From NCBI GenBank assembly GCA_030156535.1, contig JASGMJ010000005.1, forward strand, positions 104,930-168,929: DNA of 64,000 bases, read 5' to 3'. Origin of the DNA: Candidatus Sumerlaeota bacterium (GTDB lineage: Bacteria; Sumerlaeota; Sumerlaeia; SLMS01; JAHLLQ01). Shown here one piece after another: positions 1 through 12,257 of this stretch (the first letter of the stretch is position 1; every line of letters starts with the position of its first letter). Both the position numbers and the translations under genes were made by a program. The notes under the pieces were generated by a model. That model had not been told where the DNA came from and did not search any database. It worked only from the letters and a program-made list of their open reading frames with translations.

Positions 1-182
1 ACCCCCATCCGCACCAGAATCCGGCCGATCTCCTCGCCCGACTTGTGACTCTCGCGCACGGCCATCTCGAAGTCGTCGGGGTCCACAATTCCCTTTTCGA
101 GCAGTTCCACGAACCGCTCGGTGTGCATCTTCAGATGCGTGGTCCGCCCCGCGGCAATTCCATCTGGTGCAAGTTCACTCAT
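1..182 (-). CDS. Partial CDS (5' end only; gene continues past the window start) encoding a GspE_N/MshEN-like N-terminal domain
   Basis: ATG on the minus strand at 182..180. Hand translation gives MSELAPDGIAAGRTTHLKMHTERFVELLEKGIVDPDDFEMAVRESHKSGEEIGRILVRMGV, which resembles the T2SS-E N-terminal/MshEN fold pattern (R-x-x-E-L-L-x-x-G-I-V ... G-x-x-I-G-x-I-L-V). There is no stop codon before the window edge. Confidence 0.4.
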   Translation of the reverse strand, partial: MSELAPDGIAAGRTTHLKMHTERFVELLEKGIVDPDDFEMAVRESHKSGEEIGRILVRMG

Positions 183-331
183 GTCTGCTTCTGCCTCGGG
201 TAAAATGGCGCTGTCTCGTTCCTGGGATCGGACCCCGTGCCGGGCCCGGCTGTTTGGCCTGTGGATAACTGCTGGCATTCGAGTTGGCCGACCGCAAAAC
301 CACGGTTTTCGGTCGGTGATTCCACGGCCCG

Positions 332-2293
332 TCAGCCCCTTTCGGGGCCTTCGGACGCTTTCTCCCTCCAGAGGAGCAACAGGAGAGCCAACACGCCCGC
401 AAGAACGATCCCTTTTCTCCGCCAGACAAACGTGGCGGCCCGCTCCACGGCGGTCAGCTCGCGCGGCAGGACGTACTCCCCGCCCACCGGCTGGAGCACC
501 GTCCCCTCACCGGGCCATGTCCAGTAGAGATGGAAGTAGTGCTCGCCGCCGCCCGCAGGATCGTACTCAACCTCCGCCAAACGCAAGCATGACTGCTTGA
601 CACCAAGCACCCCTCTGAAAATATGACGATCCAAGGCTTCCGTTTGTTCCACGAGGGGAGAACCGTCGACGGCCAAACGGTACGTTCCCCCTGCCGCCTT
701 GCCATACAGCCAGTACGTTCCGTGCGGCCGCAAGTCCAGCAGCGCGGAAACCCGGCGCACGGCCGCGTCGTCACGTAAACGCAGATACGTCAAATCTTCA
801 TGATGTTTCCCGTCCTCGCCATCCACGGCCCATCCGCGTGGCCCCCGGAAGGCTCCGGACGCAGCAATCACCACAAGGACCCCGACGAGCGCCGTCCAGC
901 GCCTGTCCCAGGTTCCCCCCTTTTTCGCCCAGTGCCCAAAGAGGAAGATCACGCAGCTCATCGCGATCAGATAGCCAGCGGTGTGCAGCGCCGCATTGCC
1001 GGCTCCGAAGGCTCGCTCGGAAAGCCCGTACGCCCAGCGAAGCCAGACGGGTTTCCACGCGCCGTCCTGGAGCACCACGTACCAGTTCGCCCAGAGGCTG
1101 AGCTGGGGTTCGAATTGCCAGCGGCTCTCCACTTCGTGAAAGCGCCAGATTTCCTGCCACCACGCCACGGGGCTGAACAGCGAGTAGAGCACCGCACCCC
1201 ACAGCCCCCAGAAGAAGGCCGCGCCGAGCGCCCAACGCTCCATCCTCCGCAGGTTCCCCAACTGGCCCAGCGCGCCCGCGGCGACTGGCATCCCCAGCGC
1301 AATCGCGGGCAGCAGAAAGCGCGGCCCGGGCGACCAGCCGCCGTGCCACGTCCAAAACCGCGCATGGAATACGAGGGTGAAGATCAGGACCCCGCCAGCG
1401 AGCAGGCGATAGCTGCGAGCCGCCTGCCCGTAGGGCCGGAGCACCAGCATGGCCAACGGGAGCAGCGGAAAAAAGACCAGTATACCGCGCTCGGGCGCCA
1501 GCAACAAGCCGTGCAAACCGGTCAGCAGCGGCGTCACAAATTCCTGACCGTCGTACCCCTGGGCGAAGGGCGATCCGCGCAGAACGGCGTTCTGCACCCC
1601 GCGCGCCACCACAGCCAACGCCAGCCCGATTCCCGCCCCGGCCAGCCGCCGACGCGGCACTCCCATCGTCCATCCCCACACCACCACCAGCGCCGCCACC
1701 GGCAAAATCGCCAGCCGAGCCAGCACCGCCGCCGCCGCAAAACCCACCGCTCCGGCAAGAGCCAGCCGCACGCCACGCCCGGTCGCCCCCTGCGCCATGG
1801 ACCACGCCAGCCCCACCAGCCCCACGGCCGTCAGCATCTCGCTCCCGAACGTCGCCGATGCAGGAAGGAGCGGACTCGCCAAAAGGACGATCGACGTCAA
1901 GCACTCAGGCTTTCCATTTGTCCCAGTTGTCTCGCCATCGATCCGCCTCAGCACTCCCGCCGCCAGCATCCCCAGCCAGGCAAACAACAGCAGGTTTGCC
2001 AGCGGAAGCAGCGACCACCCCGCCGGGCGCACGATCCCTTCGATCCAGGCCAGCGGCACTCCCGCCAGCGGCGTCCCGATCCCGTAACCCGTGAACGTCT
2101 GGCCATACATTTCGGCGAACCGCAGGCTGCCGCGCCAGGCCAGCGCGTGGCTGGTCGCCGCCATCAATTGCTCGTCGCTCGTCTCCAGTCTGCCGCTGAA
2201 CACGGCCAGCCCCGCGCCGAACAGCACAAGAAACAACAGTGCGCGCGGCCGCCGGGCGAACAATTCGGAGAGGCTGTCGAGAAGGGGCACCAT
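332..2293 (-). CDS. Polytopic membrane protein, putative GT-C fold glycosyltransferase (ArnT/PMT, GT39/83-like)
   Basis: ORF track 332..2353 minus, 673 aa, with more than 10 predicted TM helices and periplasmic loops. The start is trimmed to the internal ATG (MVPLLDSL...) at 2293. Family assignment is by architecture only. Confidence 0.45.
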   Translation of the reverse strand: MVPLLDSLSELFARRPRALLFLVLFGAGLAVFSGRLETSDEQLMAATSHALAWRGSLRFAEMYGQTFTGYGIGTPLAGVPLAWIEGIVRPAGWSLLPLANLLLFAWLGMLAAGVLRRIDGETTGTNGKPECLTSIVLLASPLLPASATFGSEMLTAVGLVGLAWSMAQGATGRGVRLALAGAVGFAAAAVLARLAILPVAALVVVWGWTMGVPRRRLAGAGIGLALAVVARGVQNAVLRGSPFAQGYDGQEFVTPLLTGLHGLLLAPERGILVFFPLLPLAMLVLRPYGQAARSYRLLAGGVLIFTLVFHARFWTWHGGWSPGPRFLLPAIALGMPVAAGALGQLGNLRRMERWALGAAFFWGLWGAVLYSLFSPVAWWQEIWRFHEVESRWQFEPQLSLWANWYVVLQDGAWKPVWLRWAYGLSERAFGAGNAALHTAGYLIAMSCVIFLFGHWAKKGGTWDRRWTALVGVLVVIAASGAFRGPRGWAVDGEDGKHHEDLTYLRLRDDAAVRRVSALLDLRPHGTYWLYGKAAGGTYRLAVDGSPLVEQTEALDRHIFRGVLGVKQSCLRLAEVEYDPAGGGEHYFHLYWTWPGEGTVLQPVGGEYVLPRELTAVERAATFVWRRKGIVLAGVLALLLLLWREKASEGPERG

Positions 2294-2378
2294 GGGGGGG
2301 CAGGCATCCGGGGGAAGGGGATTGGGCGGCGGACATTGTGTGGGGGGTCTCACCGGATTCCGCCCCGGCGCCCGGCCA

Positions 2379-3395
2379 TCACCCTTTGCGCAGGCGCGGA
2401 TTCAGCACGGGATAGAGCGAGTCGGCGATCAGATTCGCGGAAACCAGAATGCCGCAGTAGAAGACCGTAATCCCCAGGATCAGGGGCATGTCGCGATTCT
2501 GAACGGAAACGACGAACATGTCGCCAAGCCCGGGAATGTTGAAGATCGTCTCCACCACCAGGCTTCCCACCAACATCCCCGCCGCAACGGGCATCACGTA
2601 TGTCACCACGGAACTGAGCGAGTTGCGCAGCGCGTGCCGGAAGACGACCTTCCATTCCGAGACGCCCTTTGCCCGCGCCGTACGCACGAAGTCCTCGCGC
2701 AGTGCTTCGAGCATCGAAACCCGCGTCAGCCGCAGAATCGCCGCGAACGAAAAGGCGGAAAGACACACGCCCGCCAGCCACAGGTTCTTGTCACTCTGCC
2801 AGTGCGACGGCTGGATCCACTGCATCTTGCGCGAGAAGAAGTAAATGGCCAGCGATGCGAGAATGAAATTGGGGACGGACATTCCCAGCAACGCCAGCAG
2901 CCGCCCCAGCTGGTCGGGCCAGCGATGATGGTAAACGGCCGTGAAGACACCCATCGGAATCCCAAGCAGCACCGCGATCATCAACGCGCGCCACGCCAGC
3001 CGCGCCGTGTTCGGGGCGTGCTCGGCCGCAATCTCGCGGAACGTGCGCTGGTTCTGGTGGCGCGAGGGAATCGTGTCGAGCACCACGAGCTTGCTCATCT
3101 GCATGAAGTATTGTTTGTACAGCGGCTCATCGAGCCCGAACTGCTCGCGCAGGTTTGCATACGTGCGCGCGTCCATGCGCCCTTCCTTCAGCAGCGCATC
3201 CTCCTCGCCGCCCGCGGCCTTCGCCAGAAAGAACACCGTCGTCGCCACCACCCACATGGTGAACAACGCCATGGGGAGCCGCTTGAGAAAGTTGGGAAGG
3301 AAGAGTTTGAGGAACAAGGCGACGCTGCGATGGCCCCAGATCAGCAGTCCGGCAACAACGACCAGCAGCACCATGGTGGAAATATCGAGCGGCAT
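2379..3395 (-). CDS. ABC transporter permease, OppB/DppB (binding-protein-dependent) family
   Basis: ORF track 2379..3527. It has multiple TM helices and the permease EAA-like region (ARAKGVSEWKVVFRHALRNSL). The start is trimmed to ATG (MPLDISTMVLLVVVAGLL) at 3395. No cognate ATPase or substrate-binding protein is adjacent. Confidence 0.75.
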   Translation of the reverse strand: MPLDISTMVLLVVVAGLLIWGHRSVALFLKLFLPNFLKRLPMALFTMWVVATTVFFLAKAAGGEEDALLKEGRMDARTYANLREQFGLDEPLYKQYFMQMSKLVVLDTIPSRHQNQRTFREIAAEHAPNTARLAWRALMIAVLLGIPMGVFTAVYHHRWPDQLGRLLALLGMSVPNFILASLAIYFFSRKMQWIQPSHWQSDKNLWLAGVCLSAFSFAAILRLTRVSMLEALREDFVRTARAKGVSEWKVVFRHALRNSLSSVVTYVMPVAAGMLVGSLVVETIFNIPGLGDMFVVSVQNRDMPLILGITVFYCGILVSANLIADSLYPVLNPRLRKG

Positions 3396-3400
3396 TGCGA

Positions 3401-3958
3401 TCAGCCCCCTGCCGCCCCGCCCGCTTGCAGCAACCGAATCTGCACCTGCTCCTTCGCGCCATAATTCGAGAAGCACGACGCGCGGTAGCGGTACGCCGAA
3501 CGCGGCCGCGCCGTGGCGCGTGCCCATTCCGTGGTGTCGAGCAGTGTGCCGTCCTCGCGGAAGAACAACGTGCGGATTTCAAACGCGAGCGGCTTGTCCT
3601 CCAGCAGGTTGTAGACTTCGAGGTGGACGAACGGCTTGTCGTCGAAGCGCGAACGCTGGAATTCGTAGTGGCGGATTTCCAGGGTGTTCTTCAGTTCGTC
3701 GGGCACCTGGCCGGAGACGACGGTGAGAAAGTCATCGAGCTTCGGCCATTGGTTGCGGGGAACGGCCTGGTTGACGGGGCGGGTGGCCAAGAGATCGTCG
3801 GTGCGCGTTTTTCCTGCGGGCACGGCGGCGGGAGTATCCGCCGCGTCAGCAGCGAGTGCCGCCTGGGGGGAAGCAGCGGCAGGTTCCTTGGGGGCGCGGG
3901 CGCATCCAGCGGCCAGGGCCGCCCCCAGAAAAATCGTTGCGAGTCGTTGTCCGCGCAT
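3401..3958 (-). CDS. Lipoprotein, YcfL/DUF1425-like hypothetical
   Basis: Starts MRGQRLATIFLGAALAAGC with a lipobox LAAGC; a small soluble domain follows. The start at 3958 is the internal ATG of ORF 3401..4060. Confidence 0.5.
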   Translation of the reverse strand: MRGQRLATIFLGAALAAGCARAPKEPAAASPQAALAADAADTPAAVPAGKTRTDDLLATRPVNQAVPRNQWPKLDDFLTVVSGQVPDELKNTLEIRHYEFQRSRFDDKPFVHLEVYNLLEDKPLAFEIRTLFFREDGTLLDTTEWARATARPRSAYRYRASCFSNYGAKEQVQIRLLQAGGAAGG

Positions 3959-4102
3959 CGTGGTCCACCAGATCGCCATGCAGATTGCCCCTATTACGGA
4001 CCGCCCGGCGGGGAGACGCAAGGGCATTGCCCGGCAGGAGGGCTCCGTTTTCCGCCTCATGCTTCGTCGTCCCCGGCTCCCCGTTCGCTCAGCGTGACTC
4101 CG

Positions 4103-4696
4103 TTACGCCCCCGCGCACTCCAGCAGCCGCAGCGCCAGGCGTGCGTTGGTGCGCACGCGTTCGGCTCCCTGAACCTTGCCGACCACATTGTTTGCATGAG
4201 CCACACTTGCCAGAAACGACGCCAGTTGCCGCAGGTCTTCGCGTGTGGCGATCTCCCCCCCGCCGCGCGCCCGCACCAGCGCCCCGTAGAACGCGTTCTC
4301 CACCTGTGTGGAGAATTGCAGCGCCCCGCGCCGGATTTCCTCGTCGTGGACGGCCTTCTCCACCAGCGCGTTTGTCATCAGGCATCCCCCCCTTCCCGCC
4401 TCCGATGCATAGTAGTCCTCCTGAATGCGGAAGAACCTGCGGATCGCCTCCAGCCCCGAGGCTGTGTGGCGCAACGCCCCGAGCGCCGAGCGGTTCATCA
4501 TCGCGCGATAGCGCTCGCACGCCGCCAGATAGAGGCGGTGCTTGTCGCCGAATGTGGCGTAGAGACTGAACCGGTTGATTCCCATCGCATCGACGAGGTC
4601 CTGAATTGAGGTGGCCTCGTAGCCGTTGGCCCAGAAGACTTGAAGAGCCTTGTCGAGAACGGCATCGGGATCGAATTCCCTGGGACGGGGGGACAT
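4103..4696 (-). CDS. TetR/AcrR family transcriptional regulator
   Basis: N-terminal HTH (LDKALQVFWANGYEATSIQDLVDAMGINRFSLYATFGDK) and an all-helical C-terminal domain. ATG (MSPRPREF) at 4696 within ORF 4103..4774. Confidence 0.8.
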   Translation of the reverse strand: MSPRPREFDPDAVLDKALQVFWANGYEATSIQDLVDAMGINRFSLYATFGDKHRLYLAACERYRAMMNRSALGALRHTASGLEAIRRFFRIQEDYYASEAGRGGCLMTNALVEKAVHDEEIRRGALQFSTQVENAFYGALVRARGGGEIATREDLRQLASFLASVAHANNVVGKVQGAERVRTNARLALRLLECAGA

Positions 4697-4888
4697 GGCG
4701 TGGCTCCGGGATCGGATTGCGGAATGTTCGGTCAGAAACCGTGGAACGTCAAGTGCCACACGTGCACCCCACACGTTTTTTGCACAGGGGCTTCGGTTCG
4801 TCCTTTACAGGGCCGCCGTTTACCGCTTAGGTATCAACATTGGTCGGCCTTCTTTTGCGCGCGGACAGGAACACGTTAGTCCTCCGTG

Positions 4889-4919
4889 AAGCACCGTGAG
4901 AATTTTGCGAACGGTGCTT
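4889..4919. promoter_or_regulatory. 9-bp inverted repeat AAGCACCGT-N13-ACGGTGCTT in the TetR/prepilin-like intergenic region; candidate operator or RNA hairpin
   Basis: Perfect 9-bp inverted repeat read directly from the sequence, about 135 bp upstream of the prepilin-like gene start and about 190 bp from the divergent TetR start. Confidence 0.3.
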
Positions 4920-5053
4920 CAGGGCTTGGCAGACGGCGCTTCTTTTTTCTACCGTTCCACGCAGCGCGCCGAGGAAGTCAGGCTTCCCCCAGCGCCGCCC
5001 GGCACTTGCCAACCCGGCCCGGGAATTTCCAACTCGCTCCAAAGGAGAGCACC

Positions 5054-5788
5054 GTGAAAAAAAAAGCATTTACCCTGATCGAACTTCTTATCGTTGTTGC
5101 CATCATCGCGATTCTGGCGGCAATTGCCGTGCCGAACTTCCTTGAAGCTCAGGTTCGCTCGAAGGTCTCCCGTGCCAAGTCCGACATGCGTACCACGGCA
5201 ACCGCTCTTGAAGCCTACGCCGTTGACTACAACTCCTACCCGCAGTGCAACGCCCGTGCGACGGCCATCGCCTATAACGAGCCGCCCTCCTTCCCGCCCA
5301 GCAGCGATGGCGATTTCCGTATCCTCGAGCGCCTCTCCACCCCCGTGGCCTACATCACCACGGGCGCTTTCCGCGATCCCTTTGCCGTGCTGACCCGCAA
5401 GTCCGCCGCCACGGCCAGCGCCATGGTCGCCAGCGCCCCCATCACCGTCAGCCCGACGACCGACGTTGCCGCCAAAGTGAACTCCTATCTGTATCAGGCG
5501 GTGAACTCCGAGCAGCGCGCCACCGTCACCACCGGTTCCTACGAGCCGAACCTGGTCAAGGCACGCGGCTGGTTCCTGCAGTGCGTCGGTCCCGACAGCA
5601 ACTACTACAACCTTGGTGGCGTTCTTGACACCCACTATACGCCGGACGAGCCGATCCTGCTGATCTACGATCCGTCCAATGGCACGGTGTCCGAGGGCAG
5701 CGTGTGGCGCGCGGGCGGCTCGACCCAGGGCGGCGCCGACTACGCCGCAGGCCAGGGCCTTGCCACCGCGATCACCAACGCCAACTAA
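5054..5788 (+). CDS. Prepilin-type N-terminal cleavage/methylation domain protein (DUF1559/H-X9-DG-like pseudopilin)
   Basis: GTG start preceded by AAGGAG. N-terminus VKKKAFTLIELLIVVAIIAILAAIAVPNF is a class III signal and pseudopilin helix. The C-terminal region is typical of the planctomycete DUF1559 family. Confidence 0.8.
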   Translation: MKKKAFTLIELLIVVAIIAILAAIAVPNFLEAQVRSKVSRAKSDMRTTATALEAYAVDYNSYPQCNARATAIAYNEPPSFPPSSDGDFRILERLSTPVAYITTGAFRDPFAVLTRKSAATASAMVASAPITVSPTTDVAAKVNSYLYQAVNSEQRATVTTGSYEPNLVKARGWFLQCVGPDSNYYNLGGVLDTHYTPDEPILLIYDPSNGTVSEGSVWRAGGSTQGGADYAAGQGLATAITNAN

Positions 5789-5816
5789 GCCCATCCCGCC
5801 TCAACAGATCACTCCG

Positions 5817-5854
5817 CCGGCCGGGAGCCCAGCGCTCCCGGCCGGTTTTCTGTT
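5817..5854 (+). terminator. Rho-independent terminator after the prepilin-like gene
   Basis: Perfect 12-bp GC stem CCGGCCGGGAGC / GCTCCCGGCCGG with loop CCAGC, followed by TTTTCTGTT. It begins about 29 nt after the TAA at 5786-5788. Confidence 0.7.
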
Positions 5855-5917
5855 GGAGCGCACCGCCTCGCCACGGCAGGCTCCGTGCCTCAACGCCCCG
5901 GGGAGCGGCACTGCTGC

Positions 5918-7009
5918 ATGACTTCCGACGGAATGCTCAAACGCCTGGCCCAACGCACGTTCCGCGTGCGGCGCCACCTGCACGCCCTCGCACGCTACGG
6001 CAGCCCGCGCCGCTATGCCAACATCGCAATCACCGAGGCCGAACGCCTCCTGCGCCGCGACCACCTCGCCGGCCGCCCCTACATCCTGCTCGTCGATCCC
6101 GTGAATGCCTGCAACCTGCGCTGCCCCTGCTGCCCCACCGGACGCGGCGACCTCCCCCTCAAGACCGGCAAGATGCGCTTGGAGCAGTTCCAGGCCCTCG
6201 TCGACCAAATCGCCCCGCACACCGTCAAAATGCTCCTCTATAACTGGGGAGAGCCCTTCCTCCACAAAGACATCCTCCCCATGATCCGCCACGCCCACGG
6301 CCATCGCATCGCCACCGGCGTCAGCTCCAACCTCAACATCCTCCCCGAAGGCGGCGCCGAAGCCGTCGTCGCCTCAGGGCTCGACGATCTCATCGTCAGT
6401 TGCGACGGACTCGAACAGGCCACCTACGAAAAGTACCGCGTGCGCGGCAACGTCGAGACCGTCCTCGCCAACATGAAAGCCATCGCCGACGCCAAGCTCC
6501 GCCTCGGCCGCAAGACCCCCGTCATCGAATTCCAGTATCTCGTCTTTGCCCACAATGAACACGAGGTGAACGACGTCGAACGCACCGCCCGCTCCCTTGG
6601 CGCGAACTTCGTGCGCCTGATGACGCCCTACATTAATTTCCGTGAATCCGACGTCCGCCCAGCCACCAACCCCAAGTACCGCAAGGCGTTCTACGAGGAC
6701 GACGAAACCGAGAAGGCGAAGATCGATCCGTTCGAGCGCGACGCCGATCTCGACGCCTGTGCCGCGCAGAACCCACCGCCGCTCTCATGCTTCTGGCCAT
6801 GGCGCTCGATTGTCATCAACTGGAACGGGCAGGTGGACCCGTGCTGTTTCAAGAATTACCACGATGCGTTCGGCAATGCTTTCGAGACACCGTTCGCGGA
6901 AATCTGGAACGGCGAGGTGTACCGCGACGCGCGGCGCTGGATCGCGGGCAAGCCACTCGCCGACCCCGCCCGCCGCATTGTCTGCCGGGGCTGTGCGGGG
7001 TATCGGTAG
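5918..7009 (+). CDS. Radical SAM enzyme with C-terminal truncated SPASM (twitch-like) auxiliary cluster domain
   Basis: Radical SAM motif CNLRCPCC (Cx3Cx2C) plus GEPFLHK. C-terminal Cys set C-x12-G-x4-CC ... CRGCAGYR. Paralogous to the CDS at 24858..26072. The start is ambiguous (GTG 5885, ATG 5918 or ATG 5933). Confidence 0.8.
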   Translation: MTSDGMLKRLAQRTFRVRRHLHALARYGSPRRYANIAITEAERLLRRDHLAGRPYILLVDPVNACNLRCPCCPTGRGDLPLKTGKMRLEQFQALVDQIAPHTVKMLLYNWGEPFLHKDILPMIRHAHGHRIATGVSSNLNILPEGGAEAVVASGLDDLIVSCDGLEQATYEKYRVRGNVETVLANMKAIADAKLRLGRKTPVIEFQYLVFAHNEHEVNDVERTARSLGANFVRLMTPYINFRESDVRPATNPKYRKAFYEDDETEKAKIDPFERDADLDACAAQNPPPLSCFWPWRSIVINWNGQVDPCCFKNYHDAFGNAFETPFAEIWNGEVYRDARRWIAGKPLADPARRIVCRGCAGYR

Positions 7010-7261
7010 CGTCAGGCGCTGGCACGGTGCTGATCATGCTCCGCACTGCCTGGAGCGGGGTTGCCGCGCAGCGGGCCTTCGAGGCTGAGGTCTTCGTCAA
7101 GGTCCGGCCAGTGAACGCCTTCTCCACCGCCAGGCAGGCGCCAGTTCTCCCGCCGAGATGGACTGGCAGCCAACAGCCGGGGATAGCACTTCAGGGCGGC
7201 CTTCACGAAAAGCGACGCCCATGTATCCTGAGGACAGCTGGCAACCGGTCTCCCCTCCGCC

Positions 7262-10054
<2,793 letters not shown>

Positions 10055-10130
10055 TCACCCCTAGAACGCTGATTTTGCTAAACTTGAAAGCGCCCGCAAA
10101 AATGCCGCCGAACGCTTTGAAAACCGGATC

Positions 10131-11150
10131 CTAATTGGCCGGTTTTGAGGCCCTGGCGCCGCTGGAAGCGGGTGCCTTTCCCGCCAGAATTTCGTCGAGC
10201 AGCGTCGGGGAAATCGCCAGTTCCAGCGGGTGTCCCTGCCAGACGACGATGCCCTCGGGGTTCTGGATGAAGGCGAAGGGAATCCCGTAGACCCCGATGC
10301 GGTTGGCCGTGCGGCGCTGCGAGTCCGTCCCCAGTGGATAGGTGAACTCCGTGTCGCGCAGGAAGGCGGAAACGTCGGTCGCAGGCTCGTCGGAAATCGA
10401 ACGGATCACCAGCCGGCCCTCGTACTTCTTCGACCACTCCTGCAGGTACGGCATCGCCTCGTGGCAGGGGCCGCACCACGTGGCCCAGAACTCGGTCATG
10501 ACGTACTTGCCGGTGAGGTCGCCGGGCTCACGTGTGATCCAGCGCTCGACGTCGAGCTGCGGGGCTTTCTGGCCAAGCATGCTGGCCTCCGATTGCGGCC
10601 TTCCGGCGGAAGGCCCGGCCTGCCCAAGGCTGGGCATCATGCGCCCTTCGGCGAGCGCCTCGGCGACGCGGACGAACTCGGCCTCGCGCCCGATGCGATA
10701 GCCTGCGTGCAGGTAGGCCACGCGTCCTTCGGGTCCGGCGATCAGTGTGCGCGGGACGCCCTTGCCCAGTTCGGCAAACCAGGCGGCCTTCTCGCCCTCT
10801 GGATCGGCGATCACGGGGAACGTCCACCCGTTGCTTTCGGCGAAGGCCCGCGCCGCGGCATCGTCCGCGCCTCTCAGAATGACGGCCATGCGGGCGCCTT
10901 TCGGAGCCACCTGCTCCCAGAGATACTGCGACGCCGGTGCCATCTGGCGGCAGACGGCACTCTCGGGGGCGAGCACCTGGATGATCGTCACGGGCGCCGC
11001 GTCGCCCGAGGACCAGTCGCTCCCCGCGACCGTTCGAGCCGTGAAACGGGGCAGTGTCTCGCCGGTTTGCACGATGAAATCGGCTGCCGACACGGCGGCA
11101 AGGCAGAGAAGAAAAAGCGCGAGGAGGGCCGAACGCCGAAGTGGAATCAT
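10131..11150 (-). CDS. TlpA/ResA-family thiol:disulfide oxidoreductase with an N-terminal redoxin-like domain lacking CxxC
   Basis: Signal peptide MIPLRRSALLALFLLCLAAVSA. C-terminal thioredoxin fold with WATWCGPC. ATG at 11150 within ORF 10131..11576. Confidence 0.75.
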   Translation of the reverse strand: MIPLRRSALLALFLLCLAAVSAADFIVQTGETLPRFTARTVAGSDWSSGDAAPVTIIQVLAPESAVCRQMAPASQYLWEQVAPKGARMAVILRGADDAAARAFAESNGWTFPVIADPEGEKAAWFAELGKGVPRTLIAGPEGRVAYLHAGYRIGREAEFVRVAEALAEGRMMPSLGQAGPSAGRPQSEASMLGQKAPQLDVERWITREPGDLTGKYVMTEFWATWCGPCHEAMPYLQEWSKKYEGRLVIRSISDEPATDVSAFLRDTEFTYPLGTDSQRRTANRIGVYGIPFAFIQNPEGIVVWQGHPLELAISPTLLDEILAGKAPASSGARASKPAN

Positions 11151-11375
11151 GGGAGGGGCGTGGTTCGTGGTTGGGGGTTGGAGAGAGTCTTCAGTTCTCC
11201 GTTTCGAGTCTTCCGTTTCGTGGCAGATGGATGCGGGATGAGAAGAGCATCCCGCACTTGGTGAACACCCGGGCGGCAAACACGGCAAGGGAAACCCGAC
11301 GGAAGAGCGCACCTGGGGGCGGCCGAACTCGCTTTTCCGATTGCCGCCCCGAGGCCCGGCCGAGGGGATTGCCCC

Positions 11376-12257
11376 ATGCAGCCCATCAGCCTGGTCATTC
11401 CCGTCTACAATGAAAAGCGCTCGTGCGCGAAAACGGTGCACCGCGTGCGTGCTGTGCTCGCAACGTTGCCGGAAGGCTCCGAGGCCCTGTTCGTCAACGA
11501 TGGCTCGCAGGACGGGTCGGGCGAGGCGCTGGCCGGTGCCCTGCGCGAAGGCGAGCCTCTGCGCCTGATCACCCACATCCGCAACAAGGGCTATGGCGCG
11601 TCACTGAAGACCGGCATCCGCGCCGCCAGCCATGCGTGGATCGCCATTGCGGACGCCGACGGCACGTACCCCATCGAGGACCTTCCGAAGTTGCTGGCGG
11701 CGATCGACGGCGGCGCGCGCATGGCCGTCGGCGCGCGCCCTCTCGGCCAGCAGCCCACCGTGCGCCGCCCCGCCAAAGCCTTCCTCAACGCCTATGCGTC
11801 CTATCTGGCGGGCACGCGCATCCCCGATCTGAACAGCGGCCTGCGCGTCTTCCATCGCGACGACGCCCTGCGCCTCGAACGCCTTCTGCCCGACGGCTTT
11901 TCCTTCACCTCGACGATCACCATGGCGCTGGCGAGCGCGGGCGAGCCGGTCGTCTTCCTGCCGATTCGCTATCGCGAGCGCGTGGGGAAGTCCAAGATCC
12001 GCCCCGTGCGCGACATGGGGGGCTTTATGCTGCTCGTTTGCCGTCTGGCGATGGCGTTCAACCCGCTGCGGATCTTCGGTCCGGCGAGCGCGGCGTTGCT
12101 CGCCCTCGGTGTCGTGCTCCTGTCCGCCCGCTTCTTCATGGCCGACAAGCCCTTCGGGCTGGCCACGACGATCATCCTGCTCGTCGGCGGAGTGCAGTTG
12201 CTTGCCGTTGGGTTGCTGGCCGACCTGATCAACCGGCGCGGCGGGGGCGGAACGTGA
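11376..12257 (+). CDS. GT2 polyprenol-phosphate glycosyltransferase (DPM1/ArnC/GtrB-like)
   Basis: SLVIPVYNE, VNDGSQDGS and IADADGTYP (DxD) motifs, with 2 C-terminal TM helices. ATG at 11376. Confidence 0.8.
   Translation: MQPISLVIPVYNEKRSCAKTVHRVRAVLATLPEGSEALFVNDGSQDGSGEALAGALREGEPLRLITHIRNKGYGASLKTGIRAASHAWIAIADADGTYPIEDLPKLLAAIDGGARMAVGARPLGQQPTVRRPAKAFLNAYASYLAGTRIPDLNSGLRVFHRDDALRLERLLPDGFSFTSTITMALASAGEPVVFLPIRYRERVGKSKIRPVRDMGGFMLLVCRLAMAFNPLRIFGPASAALLALGVVLLSARFFMADKPFGLATTIILLVGGVQLLAVGLLADLINRRGGGGT

Noticed and set aside
800-2470. 556-aa plus-strand ORF overlapping the GT-C-like membrane protein gene
   Set aside because: Its composition is dominated by Arg, Pro, Gln and His (RRHRQNRQPSQHRRRR...). 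That is typical of antisense translation of a GC-rich membrane protein gene. It has no motifs.
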